Assembly (NCBI GenBank): GCA_964620485.1
Contig: CAZUGU010000012.1
Span: forward strand, 14,573-78,572
Reading direction: 5' to 3'
Length of the DNA stretch: 64,000 nucleotides
From: an uncultured Burkholderiaceae bacterium
Lineage (GTDB): Bacteria > Pseudomonadota > Gammaproteobacteria > Burkholderiales > Burkholderiaceae_B
Part shown: one piece after another, positions 1 through 9,689 of the stretch
Position numbering within the stretch: position 1 is the first letter of the stretch
Layout: every line of letters begins with the position of its first letter
The notes under the pieces: model-generated
The model's input: the letters and a program-made list of their open reading frames with translations, nothing else
Told to the model about the DNA's origin: nothing
The model's database searches: none
Made by a program: the position numbers and the translations under genes

Positions 1-180
1 ACAGCTAAAACAAATGAAGAAATAGAAATTGATGGAAAAAAATATCCTCTTTTAAAATGTGATGTTACATCCGAATCACATCCATTTTATACTGGTACAC
101 AGAACAAAATTGTTGAGACTGGTCGCGTTGAAAAATTTCGAACTAGATTTGCTCAAACAATCTCTCATAATAATCTGTAA
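1..180 (+). CDS. rpmE2: 50S ribosomal protein L31 (type B-like), C-terminal part; 5' end lies outside the window
   Basis: Frame +1 is open from the window edge to TAA at 178-180. The translation ...[32 protein letters not shown] carries the conserved L31 HPFYTG core. Ser rather than Cys before it suggests the zinc-free type B. Confidence 0.8.
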   Translation, partial: TAKTNEEIEIDGKKYPLLKCDVTSESHPFYTGTQNKIVETGRVEKFRTRFAQTISHNNL

Positions 181-188
181 TAGAATAT

Positions 189-243
189 AATATATAATTA
201 TAGTAGTTATAATGTTACATTATAACTACTATAATTATATATT
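189..243. terminator. Perfect 26-bp-arm hairpin (189-214 / 218-243, 3-nt loop) between convergent rpmE2 and orn; probable bidirectional terminator
   Basis: I paired the arms base by base: aatatataattatagtagttataatg / cattataactactataattatatatt. It sits between two convergent gene ends. There is no clean U-tract. Confidence 0.55.
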
Positions 244-261
244 CTTGAAAGAATCGTATTC

Positions 262-807
262 TTATACTTTTAAGAAATGTTCTCGATAGTATTTGAGTTC
301 ATCAATAGATGAATAAATATCAGCTAACGCTTCGTGTCGTACTTTTTTCTCAAATCCCTTATAAATTCCTGGGACCCAACGGCGTGCTAGTTCTTTAAAT
401 GTACTTATATCCAGATTTCTATAATGAAAGAAATTTTCTAACTTTGGCATATATGCAAGCATAAATCGACGATCTTGACTAATTGTATTACCACATAGTG
501 GTGATTTTCCTGCTGGAATATATTGAACTAGAAAATCTAATAAAGTTTCTTGAGCTTGTAATTCTGTAATTTTTGAAGCTTTAACTTTTTCAATTAATCC
601 AGTATTACCATGAGTAGATTTATTCCAATTATCCATAGAATTTAATAAAGTATCAGATTGATATAAAACTTGTACTGGTCCCTCAGCTACTACTGTAAGA
701 TCGGGTTCAGTAACAACCACTGCAACTTCAATAATTCTTTCTTTTTGAGGATCTAAACCTGTCATTTCCATATCCAGCCAAACTAGCCGATTTGCATTCT
801 GGGTCAT
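262..807 (-). CDS. orn: Oligoribonuclease
   Basis: 181-aa ORF with ATG start. DEDDh exonuclease motifs ([13 protein letters not shown] ... HEALADI) and the length are typical of Orn. Confidence 0.9.
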   Translation of the reverse strand: MTQNANRLVWLDMEMTGLDPQKERIIEVAVVVTEPDLTVVAEGPVQVLYQSDTLLNSMDNWNKSTHGNTGLIEKVKASKITELQAQETLLDFLVQYIPAGKSPLCGNTISQDRRFMLAYMPKLENFFHYRNLDISTFKELARRWVPGIYKGFEKKVRHEALADIYSSIDELKYYREHFLKV

Positions 808-1089
808 GTAATCTATTGCTCCTTAATTGATATTGACTTTTAATAAGTATAAAAGTTCACATATAAGTATTAATGACTCCAATTAAAATAATACCGCTTT
901 GTTTTATTTTTAATAAAAACATAATTTATTTATTTAAATAATTTAATGGAGAAATCTGTATTTCAAAGAAAAATTCGAAAATTAATCCGTGAAGAATTAA
1001 AAATCTTATTTTAATAATTTTACCAAAAATTATTAAAATATAAATTATGAATAAAGATTAAAAATATGAATGAATTGTTATCTTAACTT

Positions 1090-1476
1090 TTATCTTTTAT
1101 TTATTATTTTTTCTTTAATACGAGCAGACTTGCCTGAACGAGAGCGAAGATAATACAGTTTAGCTCGCCGAACATCTCCATATCGCTTAACTTCTATACT
1201 TTTTATTTGAGGAGAATATAATTGAAAAACACGTTCTACTGCTTCGGTAGATAATGTTTTTCTTACAGAAAATGAAGAATTCAATCCACGATTGCGTTTC
1301 GCAATTACAATACCCTCATAAGCTTGAATACGCTTTCGCGTTCCTTCAATAACATTAACATTAACAACGACAGTATCACCAGGTGAAAATTTTGGTTTTA
1401 GTTTTAAATTATCGCCTAGTTTCATTTTATCTAATCGTTTAATTTCTTCTTGTTCTAAAGTATGAATTAGATTCAC
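1090..1476 (-). CDS. rplS: 50S ribosomal protein L19
   Basis: 128 aa. [12 protein letters not shown]...[38 protein letters not shown] matches L19 end to end. The first codon is GTG, with AAGGA 7 nt upstream. Confidence 0.95.
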   Translation of the reverse strand: MNLIHTLEQEEIKRLDKMKLGDNLKLKPKFSPGDTVVVNVNVIEGTRKRIQAYEGIVIAKRNRGLNSSFSVRKTLSTEAVERVFQLYSPQIKSIEVKRYGDVRRAKLYYLRSRSGKSARIKEKIINKR

Positions 1477-1627
1477 AGAAAATCCTTCAATTTTAAATTC
1501 TTTATTAAATACTAATGAATGATAATTTTTAAGATTTACTACTACCTATATATCTCTATAATTTAACAATAAAGAATAAAATTAGTCTTTATTGTTTATA
1601 TGTATCTAAATAGGATTTAAGCCTTAA

Positions 1628-2269
1628 TTAGTGATTTGGTTGAGGTGTTATTCTTAAGTAAGAACGTATTTCCTCGTATCCTTTCGGAAATTCTCTTTTA
1701 AGAACAGATTTATCTTGAATAGATGGAATAATAATAACGTCTTGACCATTTTCCCAATTTACAGGAGTTGCAACGTTATAATTATCAGTTAACTGTAAAG
1801 AATCAATAACCCTTAATATTTCATTAAAATTACGACCGGTACTAGCAGGATAAGTGATGATTAAACGGATTTTTTTAATTGGATCTATAATAAAAACAGA
1901 ACGCACTGTTAATGAAGAATCTGAATTAGGATGTATCATTCCATAAAGTTTAGAAACTTTATGATCAATATCTGCTACTATTGGATAGTTTATTTTTGTT
2001 GATTGCGTATCATTTATATCTTTAATCCATTGAATATGAGATTCAACACTATCTACTGATAATGCTAAGATTTTTACATTTCTTTTATTAAATTCACTAA
2101 ATATTTTGGAAGTGTAACCGAGCTCTGTAGTACATACAGGAGTAAAATCTGCAGGATGGGAAAATAAGATTCCCCAATCATTACCTAGATATTCATAAAA
2201 ATGAATTAGACCATCGGAAGATTGTTGTTGAAAATCCGGCGCTACATCACCTAAAAATAATTGACTCAT
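1628..2269 (-). CDS. 1-Cys peroxiredoxin (Prx6-like)
   Basis: 213 aa with ATG start and a GAAGG Shine-Dalgarno. It has the peroxidatic motif FTPVCTTEL and the C-terminal extension typical of the 1-Cys Prx family. Confidence 0.85.
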   Translation of the reverse strand: MSQLFLGDVAPDFQQQSSDGLIHFYEYLGNDWGILFSHPADFTPVCTTELGYTSKIFSEFNKRNVKILALSVDSVESHIQWIKDINDTQSTKINYPIVADIDHKVSKLYGMIHPNSDSSLTVRSVFIIDPIKKIRLIITYPASTGRNFNEILRVIDSLQLTDNYNVATPVNWENGQDVIIIPSIQDKSVLKREFPKGYEEIRSYLRITPQPNH

Positions 2270-2465
2270 AAAACTAACCTTCTATTCTTATTTTAAAATC
2301 TGTTAATTATTTCAAGTAAATACTATGTGATCAACATAGTATTTACTACAACAAAATTAATATAATATTCTATTATATTACTACTAATAGAACAAGCTTT
2401 ATCAAAAATGTTTAAAACTATCGATAGGTAATTTTGATAGCTATTTTAGTAGATAAACTAGGTAA

Positions 2466-2505
2466 AATATTACCTGATAATATAATTATATTATCAGGTA
2501 ATATT
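2466..2505 (-). terminator. 40-bp perfect palindrome (20-bp arms, no spacer) about 11 bp past the cysM stop; probable terminator hairpin
   Basis: aatattacctgataatataa|ttatattatcaggtaatatt, paired base by base. A second 14-bp-arm hairpin lies at 2315-2328 / 2334-2347. Confidence 0.5.
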
Positions 2506-2516
2506 ATTAATTCAGA

Positions 2517-3422
2517 TTAAAAAACACCAGTTGAAAGATAACGGTCACCACGATCGCAAATAATGAATACAATGATAGAATTTTCTAATTTTTCAGCGAT
2601 ACGTAGTGCTGCAATTAAAGATCCGGCTGACGATATTCCTGCGAAAATTCCTTCTTCACATGCTAAACGACGCGCCATTTTTTCAGCTTGATCTTGATTA
2701 ACGAATTCATAAGAATCAATCAAATCTTTATTAAAAAAACTAGGCAAATAATCTTTAGACCATCTGCGTATTCCGGGAATCTGTGAGCCTTCTTCGGGTT
2801 GAACGCCAATAATTTGAATTTCTTTATTACGAGATTTTAAATAAGAACCAACACCCATAACCGTTCCAGTCGTACCCATAGCACTTATAAAGTGTGTTAT
2901 ATTTCCTTGTGTTTGCTCCCAAATTTCAGGTCCTGTTTTTTCAAAATGAGCCCGAGGATTGTCAATGTTAGAAAATTGATTTAATACTTTTCCTACGCCC
3001 TTTAATTCCATTTCCATAGATAAATCACGTGCATATTCCATTCCACCTTTACTTTCTGATACTAAAATAATCTTAGCGCCATAAGCTGTCATTACTGAAC
3101 GACGCTCAATTGACAAATTTTTTGGCATTATTAATATCATTTTATATCCACGTATTGCCGCGATCATAGCTAATGCAATACCAGTGTTACCACTTGTGGC
3201 TTCAATTAATGTATCGCCTGGCATAATTTCTTTTCTGATTTCAGCATATTTAATCATAGAAAATACACAACGATCTTTTATAGAACCAGCAGGATTATTT
3301 CCTTCAAGTTTGGCTAGAAAGATATTGCCTCGATTTAAGTTCAATAAACCAGGTATACGTTTCAAACAAACTAACGGTGTATTACCAATAATGTCTTCTA
3401 TATTAGAATAGTCTGCAATCAT
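2517..3422 (-). CDS. cysM: Cysteine synthase B (O-acetylserine sulfhydrylase B)
   Basis: 301 aa with ATG start. It is near-colinear with E. coli CysM as I recall it (GNTPLV..LEGNNPAGSIKDR..EATSGNTGIALAM..ICDRGDRYLSTGVF). Confidence 0.85.
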   Translation of the reverse strand: MIADYSNIEDIIGNTPLVCLKRIPGLLNLNRGNIFLAKLEGNNPAGSIKDRCVFSMIKYAEIRKEIMPGDTLIEATSGNTGIALAMIAAIRGYKMILIMPKNLSIERRSVMTAYGAKIILVSESKGGMEYARDLSMEMELKGVGKVLNQFSNIDNPRAHFEKTGPEIWEQTQGNITHFISAMGTTGTVMGVGSYLKSRNKEIQIIGVQPEEGSQIPGIRRWSKDYLPSFFNKDLIDSYEFVNQDQAEKMARRLACEEGIFAGISSAGSLIAALRIAEKLENSIIVFIICDRGDRYLSTGVF

Positions 3423-3862
3423 ATTTAGATATCATAAGAATTAAATTAAATAAATATTAAATATTTACAAGCAATATTTTAGATATTCATAGTGTGATAT
3501 CCTATTTCTGTGTTTTCTAATTACTAATTAGAATTAGTTTCCATATTTATTACAACTTATCATGCTTTTGACATTTTAGAGATGTTGTCCTGGTAATGTG
3601 CAAGAAGAAATTGAATTTCAATTAATCCAGAAAGATTAATTCAGTCTGACTATTTTCAATTGAATTAGAATAATACTTGGAAAGTAATAATTAGATTTTA
3701 TTAAGCATTTTACTCATAGTAATCGATGTATTAAATGAAGATTTAGATTCTATATCTTAAAAGTTAATTAACAAATTATTAGACTATATTTTATTAAAAC
3801 ATAAGTAAGTCTTTCATAATTATGAAGAAATCTTCAAATTATCTGGAATTTTATATTTCATT

Positions 3863-4117
3863 TTATTTTTTTAGTTTTTCAATTTGTTTTCTAAGACGAG
3901 CAATCTCAAGTCGATTATTTATTTTTTCTGGCAAAAAAATTATTAGTCCAATTGAAATACCAATAAAAAATGTAAGTAATATTACAATAATCAATGGTAC
4001 ATTTTTAACAGAATAATCTCCATAGAAATTAATTACTACAGGATTAAGATTTTTCAATGAAAATAACAATATTAAAAGAAGTAAGCAAAAACGAAAAAAC
4101 CAAGCTAGATATGACAC
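3863..4117 (-). CDS. lapA: LapA-like small inner-membrane protein (DUF1049 / YciS family)
   Basis: 84 aa with two TM helices and a basic coiled C-terminus. SLKNLNPVVINFYGDY..PLIIVILLTFFIGISIGLI parallels E. coli LapA GAQNDQQVTFNYLL..LLAVLFAAGFAIGWLI. GTG start with AAGG upstream. Its position after rpsA matches betaproteobacterial synteny. Confidence 0.6.
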   Translation of the reverse strand: MSYLAWFFRFCLLLLILLFSLKNLNPVVINFYGDYSVKNVPLIIVILLTFFIGISIGLIIFLPEKINNRLEIARLRKQIEKLKK

Positions 4118-4368
4118 AATATATACCTTAGATATAATAAACCATAATATTGGTTACATTTTTAGATAATTATATTACATTATATAATTAATTAAGAGTA
4201 GCTTAGCTTAAATTAAAACTGATTTCGATTTGATTTGCTTATATTGTTTAATATTTAAAGTATTTTTTAAAAAATTAAAAACAAATAGTATGCTAAAAAG
4301 CCTTTTATAAATTCAATCTCAAACCGATAAAATTTTCAAATAATTAAAAAAATCAAATGGTACTATCA

Positions 4369-6090
4369 TTAGTGATTATTATCACGCTTTTGTTGATCAA
4401 GTTTAGCTTTTAATAAAGCGCCTAAATTTGTAGTGCCAGAAGATGTATTAGAATCTGCTGACATACGTTGAATGGTTTGAGCTGTTTCGGCAGTCTCACG
4501 GGCTTTTATTGATAATTGAATTGAGCGAATTTTTCGATCGATATTAATAATCATTACTTCGATCTTATCACCTATATTTAATAAAATATTTGCATCATCA
4601 ACGCGACTAGTTGCAATTTCAGAAGCTCTGAGATAACCATCAACATTAGTAGATAAAGTAACTATAGCACCTTTAGTTTCTACTGATTTGACAGTACCTG
4701 AAACAATAGATCCTTTATCATAAGTTGAAATAAAGCTATTAAATGGGTCATTTTCTAATTGTTTAATACCTAAAGAAATTCTTTCTTTATCTGTATCAAT
4801 ACTTAATATAATAGTCTCAATTTCATCTCCTTTCTTGAAATTTTTTATAATTTCCTCACCAGATTCAGACCAAGATAAATCGGACAAATGAACTAAGCCA
4901 TCAATATTTCCAGGTAGACCAATAAATATACCAAAGTCCGTAATAGATTTAATTGCACCTCTTATTTTATCACCACGTTTAAAATTTATTGCAAAATCTT
5001 CCCATGGATTTTGACAACATTGTTTCATACCTAAAGAAATTCTTCGGCGGTCTTCATCAATTTCTAATATTAGAACTTCTATTTCTTCACCTAACGTTAC
5101 AATTTTACGAGGGTCAACATTTTTATTTGTCCAATCCATTTCTGAAACATGAACTAATCCCTCCATTCCAGCTTCAATTTCAACAAATGCGCCATAATCA
5201 GTAAGATTTGTAACTCTTCCAAATAAACGAGTACCTTTTGGATAACGATTTGTTAGGCCAATCCATGGATCCTGACCTAATTGCTTAACTCCTAAAGAAA
5301 CACGCCCTTTTTCTTGATCAAATTTGAGAATTTTAGATTCAACTTCCTGTCCAATTTGTAAAACCTCAGAAGGATGTCTAACACGACGCCAGGCCATATC
5401 AGTAATGTGTAATAAGCCATCAATACCGCCTAAATCGATGAAAGCACCATAGTCTGTAATATTCTTAACTACTCCCTTAACTATAGCATCTTCATGTAAA
5501 TTTTTAAGTAGCTTTTGTCGTTCTTCATTCATACTAATTTCTAAAACTTGTCGACGTGATAAAACAACATTATTACGTTTACGATCAAATTTAATAACAC
5601 GAAATTCTAAAGTCTTTCCTTCATATGGAGTCGTATCTTTAACAGGTCGGATATCTACAAGAGATCCAGGAAGAAAAGCACGAATTCCGTTAGTCATTAC
5701 TGTTAAGCCGCCTTTAACTTTGCCAGTGATAGTCCCTGTAACTAATTCACCATTTTCTAATGCTTTCTCTAATTGTAGCCAAGCAGATAAGCGCTTTGCA
5801 CGATCACGAGATAAGATTGTATCTCCATGACCGTTCTCAAGTGAATCAATAGCTACTGATACAAAATCTCCAGGATTAGCTTCTATTTGACCTTGATCAT
5901 TTAGAAATTCTTCAATAGAAATTAGAGCTTCGGATTTCAAACCTGCATTAACTACAACAAAATTATTATCAATACGTACAATCTCTGCACTAATTACTTC
6001 ACCAGATTTCATATTCTTATTTTTTAAGCTTTCAGAAAACAAATCAGCAAAATTTTCATTATTGGTATCAATTGTTGAAATTAAAGACAT
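4369..6090 (-). CDS. rpsA: 30S ribosomal protein S1
   Basis: 573 aa with six S1 repeats (e.g. GxVxxxxDxGAFIDLGG.DGLLHISD). ATG start. Confidence 0.95.
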   Translation of the reverse strand: MSLISTIDTNNENFADLFSESLKNKNMKSGEVISAEIVRIDNNFVVVNAGLKSEALISIEEFLNDQGQIEANPGDFVSVAIDSLENGHGDTILSRDRAKRLSAWLQLEKALENGELVTGTITGKVKGGLTVMTNGIRAFLPGSLVDIRPVKDTTPYEGKTLEFRVIKFDRKRNNVVLSRRQVLEISMNEERQKLLKNLHEDAIVKGVVKNITDYGAFIDLGGIDGLLHITDMAWRRVRHPSEVLQIGQEVESKILKFDQEKGRVSLGVKQLGQDPWIGLTNRYPKGTRLFGRVTNLTDYGAFVEIEAGMEGLVHVSEMDWTNKNVDPRKIVTLGEEIEVLILEIDEDRRRISLGMKQCCQNPWEDFAINFKRGDKIRGAIKSITDFGIFIGLPGNIDGLVHLSDLSWSESGEEIIKNFKKGDEIETIILSIDTDKERISLGIKQLENDPFNSFISTYDKGSIVSGTVKSVETKGAIVTLSTNVDGYLRASEIATSRVDDANILLNIGDKIEVMIINIDRKIRSIQLSIKARETAETAQTIQRMSADSNTSSGTTNLGALLKAKLDQQKRDNNH

Positions 6091-6201
6091 GGGGCTTAAT
6101 CCATTAAGCCAATATAATGGCTAGTTACTTATCATTAAAGTGAGTTATTTTAATGATAAAATTAAAATTAAATATCTGTTAATTTTTAACTCAAAATAAC
6201 A

Positions 6202-6876
6202 TCATTCTTTATTAACAGATCCTGTATATTTTAAAAGATTTAAAATAGTTTGTACAGTTTGTTCTATTGTCAAACTGGATGAATCTAACACATATGCATC
6301 GGGTGCTGCAATAAGCGGAGAATTTGAACGTTGATGATCAAATAAATCACGTTTTTGCATAATGTAAGACAATTCTTGCATGCTAACAGGTGTGTTCTTT
6401 TCAATCAACTGTTTAGAACGTCTTTTTACTCGAGAAATAATATCTGCTGTTAAAAAAACTTTTAATGCAGCGTTAGGAAAGACTGTGGTACCCATATCGC
6501 GACCATCTGCAATCAAACCTGGCAACACCAAATAACTACGTTGATAACCTAATAGAGCTTTACGTACATCAGAATACCTAGCAATATGGGAGGCATATTC
6601 CCCCACAGATTCTAATCGAATTTTATCATGATCAATACCTTTATAATTTTTATATTGTTTATATAACTTTATATCTAATTTTTTTGCAATATTTACGATT
6701 TTTAGGATATCGTTCATATGAACAGCTTGTTGAATTGCAGATAAAGCTACCATTCGGTATATTAATCCACTATCTAATACTATCCATCCCAGTTTTTTAG
6801 CTATCCTTTCAGAAATTGTACCCTTACCAGAAGCGCTAGGCCCATCAATAGTAATAACAGGGACATAACTTGACAT
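6202..6876 (-). CDS. cmk: Cytidylate kinase
   Basis: The track ORF (to 6981) overlaps aroA. The internal ATG at 6874-6876 gives MSSYVPVITIDGPSASGKGT, the normal Cmk N-terminus with P-loop, 16 bp after the aroA stop. Confidence 0.9.
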   Translation of the reverse strand: MSSYVPVITIDGPSASGKGTISERIAKKLGWIVLDSGLIYRMVALSAIQQAVHMNDILKIVNIAKKLDIKLYKQYKNYKGIDHDKIRLESVGEYASHIARYSDVRKALLGYQRSYLVLPGLIADGRDMGTTVFPNAALKVFLTADIISRVKRRSKQLIEKNTPVSMQELSYIMQKRDLFDHQRSNSPLIAAPDAYVLDSSSLTIEQTVQTILNLLKYTGSVNKE

Positions 6877-6892
6877 ATTAATAATAAATTTT

Positions 6893-8203
6893 TTAAAAAA
6901 GACTTTTATATATATTAAAATAATTAGGAAAAGTTTTACTAACACAACCTGGATTATTAATTCGAATTTTTGCAGGTCCAAAAGCTGCTAAAGAAAAACA
7001 CATAGCCATACGATGATCATCCCATGTATCTATCTCTGCATCTTGCCACATTTCTCTTAAAACAGGTTTTACTATAAGCCAATCTGTACCTGAGTCAACT
7101 TTAGCGCCAAGTTTTCTGAGTTCTGTTTGCATAGCATAAATACGATCTGTTTCTTTAAGGCGCCAATTTCCTATATTACGTAATCGGCAGGGTCCATCAG
7201 CATATAATGCCAAAACTGCTGCAGTCATAGCAGCATCAGGAATTCTGTTAAAATCTAAATCAAAGGCTTTAAATTTTTGACCATTTGCAACTTTTATACC
7301 TCTTGATTCAATCCAATAAGGACCAAAACTGATATCTGATCCTAAATACTTTAAAATCTCAGTAAACTCTAAATCACCTTGAATACTTTTTTCCCCGACT
7401 CCTTTAACACAGACAGGTCCTCCACCTATAGAACCAGCAGCTAAAAAATATGAAGCTGAGGAAACATCTCCTTCTATAAATATTTTTCCTGGACTTCGAT
7501 AAATAGAATTTTTTGGAATTGTAAAACAATTCTTTCCATTCAATTTAATATCAATATTAAATTGTTTCATTGCATCTAAAGTAATATCAATATATGGTTT
7601 TGAAGTTAAGTGACCTTTTACTTTAATAGTCAAAGGTTGATTAGTTTTTTGAGTATAAATAGGTGCTGCTATAAGCAAAGCTGTTAAAAACTGGCTAGAT
7701 ATCGATCCATTAATTTGAATGAAGTCTCTTTTCACTATGTTGTTACTGTTTATTAACAGTGGTGGGTAATTTTTTTGATTTATATACTTAATATCTGCAC
7801 CAAGACTTCTTAATGAATCTACCAAATCACCAATTGGTCGTTCTAACATACGTTTAGTACCAAATAATCGATAATTTCCTCCAAGAAGAGATAATACAGC
7901 AGTTAATGGACGAAATGCTGTTCCAGCATTTCCTAAAAAAAAATCTCCATATTTTACTGGAAATTGACGAGAACCGATAATTTCTATCAAATCATTTTCA
8001 GTTTTATTAATTGAAATACCTAATTGTTTCAAATTCATTAGCATAATGTTAGTATCGTCACAGTCTAACAATCCTGAAATTTCCGTTTTTTCTTGGGCTA
8101 ATGATGAAAGTAGTAATATCCTATTTGAAATACTTTTTGAACCTGGTAAATATATAGTTCCTCTAGAACAAGTTACATTTGGCAAATCTAAATACATAAC
8201 CAT
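6893..8203 (-). CDS. aroA: 3-phosphoshikimate 1-carboxyvinyltransferase (EPSP synthase)
   Basis: 436 aa with ATG start. LPGSKSISNR and NAGTAFR motifs are present. Confidence 0.95.
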   Translation of the reverse strand: MVMYLDLPNVTCSRGTIYLPGSKSISNRILLLSSLAQEKTEISGLLDCDDTNIMLMNLKQLGISINKTENDLIEIIGSRQFPVKYGDFFLGNAGTAFRPLTAVLSLLGGNYRLFGTKRMLERPIGDLVDSLRSLGADIKYINQKNYPPLLINSNNIVKRDFIQINGSISSQFLTALLIAAPIYTQKTNQPLTIKVKGHLTSKPYIDITLDAMKQFNIDIKLNGKNCFTIPKNSIYRSPGKIFIEGDVSSASYFLAAGSIGGGPVCVKGVGEKSIQGDLEFTEILKYLGSDISFGPYWIESRGIKVANGQKFKAFDLDFNRIPDAAMTAAVLALYADGPCRLRNIGNWRLKETDRIYAMQTELRKLGAKVDSGTDWLIVKPVLREMWQDAEIDTWDDHRMAMCFSLAAFGPAKIRINNPGCVSKTFPNYFNIYKSLF

Positions 8204-8224
8204 AATAAAACCTTCTATAGAAAA

Positions 8225-9133
8225 TTATTCCTGAGACCAGTTTCGACGCGCTTGTGCTGCACAATTAAGCAATTCTTGCAAAGCAAGTCCATCACCTTCA
8301 TGTAAAGCAACTTCAGCTTGTTCCAAAACTTTTCGCACATCTGCTAATTCAGCTTGAACGGCTTCACGATTAGATAGAAAAATATCACGCCACATTTCTA
8401 CTGATCCAGCTGCAATTCTTGTAAAATCACGGAAGCCACTACCAGCTAAAGATAAACGATCATTAGCATTAATTGCTTGTGCTACTTGAGCCATATAAAC
8501 AGCCGATAAAAAGTGTGGAATATGACTAATTGAAGCTAGAACTTGATCATGATCTTTTGGTTTCATATTTAAAACATTATTAGCACCACATGCTAACCAG
8601 ACTGAACGTATAAAATCTACAGTTTCTGATTGATTTTCATCTAAAGGAGTTAATATTACATTATGCCCTTTAAATAAGGAAGCTTCTGCTGCATTAGGTC
8701 CACTTCGCTCTGTTCCAGCAATTGGATGACCAGGTACAAATTGTTTTATTTGATCGCCAAGTATATGTCGTGCCATGCTGATCACTTCCATTTTAGTACT
8801 ACATACATCTGTCATAATAGTATTATGCCGCAAGTAACCTTTCATTTGAATCCATAGATTTTTCAAACTACCGACCGGTGTTGCAAATAAAATCAAGTCT
8901 GCTTGTCTTGCTGCAACTTCTGGATTTACAGCCATATCAATTAATCCAGAGGCTTGCACATCTTTTAAAGATTTTATGCATCTCCCAACACCAAATACCC
9001 GACCAACCTGACCTGTCTGGCGCAAAGCAGCAGCAAATGAACCACCGATTAAACCAACACCAACTATGGCTAAAACAGGAATAAAGAAAGATGAACAAAT
9101 TTTATTGGAATGCATTGATGATATTATGTTCAT
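8225..9133 (-). CDS. tyrA: Prephenate dehydrogenase
   Basis: Rossmann motif IVGVGLIGGSFA plus PGHPIAG and HD..LA.ISH.PH motifs. The track ORF starts at GTG 9160. In-frame ATGs lie at 9133 and 9115, so the start is uncertain. Confidence 0.85.
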   Translation of the reverse strand: MNIISSMHSNKICSSFFIPVLAIVGVGLIGGSFAAALRQTGQVGRVFGVGRCIKSLKDVQASGLIDMAVNPEVAARQADLILFATPVGSLKNLWIQMKGYLRHNTIMTDVCSTKMEVISMARHILGDQIKQFVPGHPIAGTERSGPNAAEASLFKGHNVILTPLDENQSETVDFIRSVWLACGANNVLNMKPKDHDQVLASISHIPHFLSAVYMAQVAQAINANDRLSLAGSGFRDFTRIAAGSVEMWRDIFLSNREAVQAELADVRKVLEQAEVALHEGDGLALQELLNCAAQARRNWSQE

Positions 9134-9689
9134 ATTTATTAAAGTTCTTATAAAGAACACTAAAAAAATACATATAATTTACTTCTTATTACTTCTTACT
9201 AAGATCAACATCGACTAATTAATATGTAGAAATTATATACTGTATTTCATAAAATGATCTTCTTATTTATATTTTTAATCAGTTACTAGCCAATTCTCTT
9301 ATTAATTAAATATTTGATAAAAAATAGAAATTAAAAATTATCTTTTATAGAATTTAATAATTCTATTTAAATTGTTAAATAACTATTAAATGTCTACTTG
9401 TAAATATCTAATAGTATTATATATATAAAATTGACAAATATATTCTAGTTTATTCTTTAAAACTCGTATTTTAATGAAAAAATTAGGCTCTATATAAGTT
9501 GTTTATCTTAATAATTTTATGGAAAATTAATTGATTAAAAAAGATAGAATCTTACAATTAAGAAATTAAAACATGATCTATAAAACATATCTAAAATATT
9601 TTGTGTAATATCTTTCACATAAAAATTAAAACTTCTGATTATTTTTAAAATAATTGATAGTTTGTTAAATTATTAAATACTTCCTGATT

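Noticed and set aside
946-1014. 22-codon plus-strand ORF (MEKSVFQRKIRKLIREELKILF) in the orn-rplS spacer.
   Set aside because: It has no Shine-Dalgarno, is too short to evaluate, and is lysine/arginine-rich as expected from random AT-rich sequence. At best it is a remnant of a lost gene's N-terminus.
1090-1627. rplS is not preceded by trmD/rimM/rpsP as in the classical operon. A peroxiredoxin gene is upstream instead.
   Set aside because: This is a real synteny break, but rearrangements of this sort are routine in reduced genomes. rplS has its own SD and a 151-bp upstream spacer.
3822-4016. 64-aa plus-strand ORF overlapping lapA.
   Set aside because: It is antisense to the better-supported DUF1049 membrane protein, and its translation is a low-complexity Phe/Ile/Ser run.
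6877-6981. N-terminal extension of the cmk ORF overlapping the aroA 3' end.
   Set aside because: The extension is hydrophobic junk (MDLQKFELIIQVVLVKLFLIILIYIK...). The internal ATG at 6876 gives the canonical Cmk N-terminus right after the aroA stop.
8225-9160. tyrA looks GC-richer than its neighbours (some 60-nt samples about 45-50% GC by hand count). This raised the question of horizontal acquisition.
   Set aside because: Hand counts in rpsA, aroA, ilvD and the AI-2E gene give similar 33-43% values, and tyrA sits in its ancestral syntenic position. The heterogeneity fits constraint on conserved residues rather than foreign origin.
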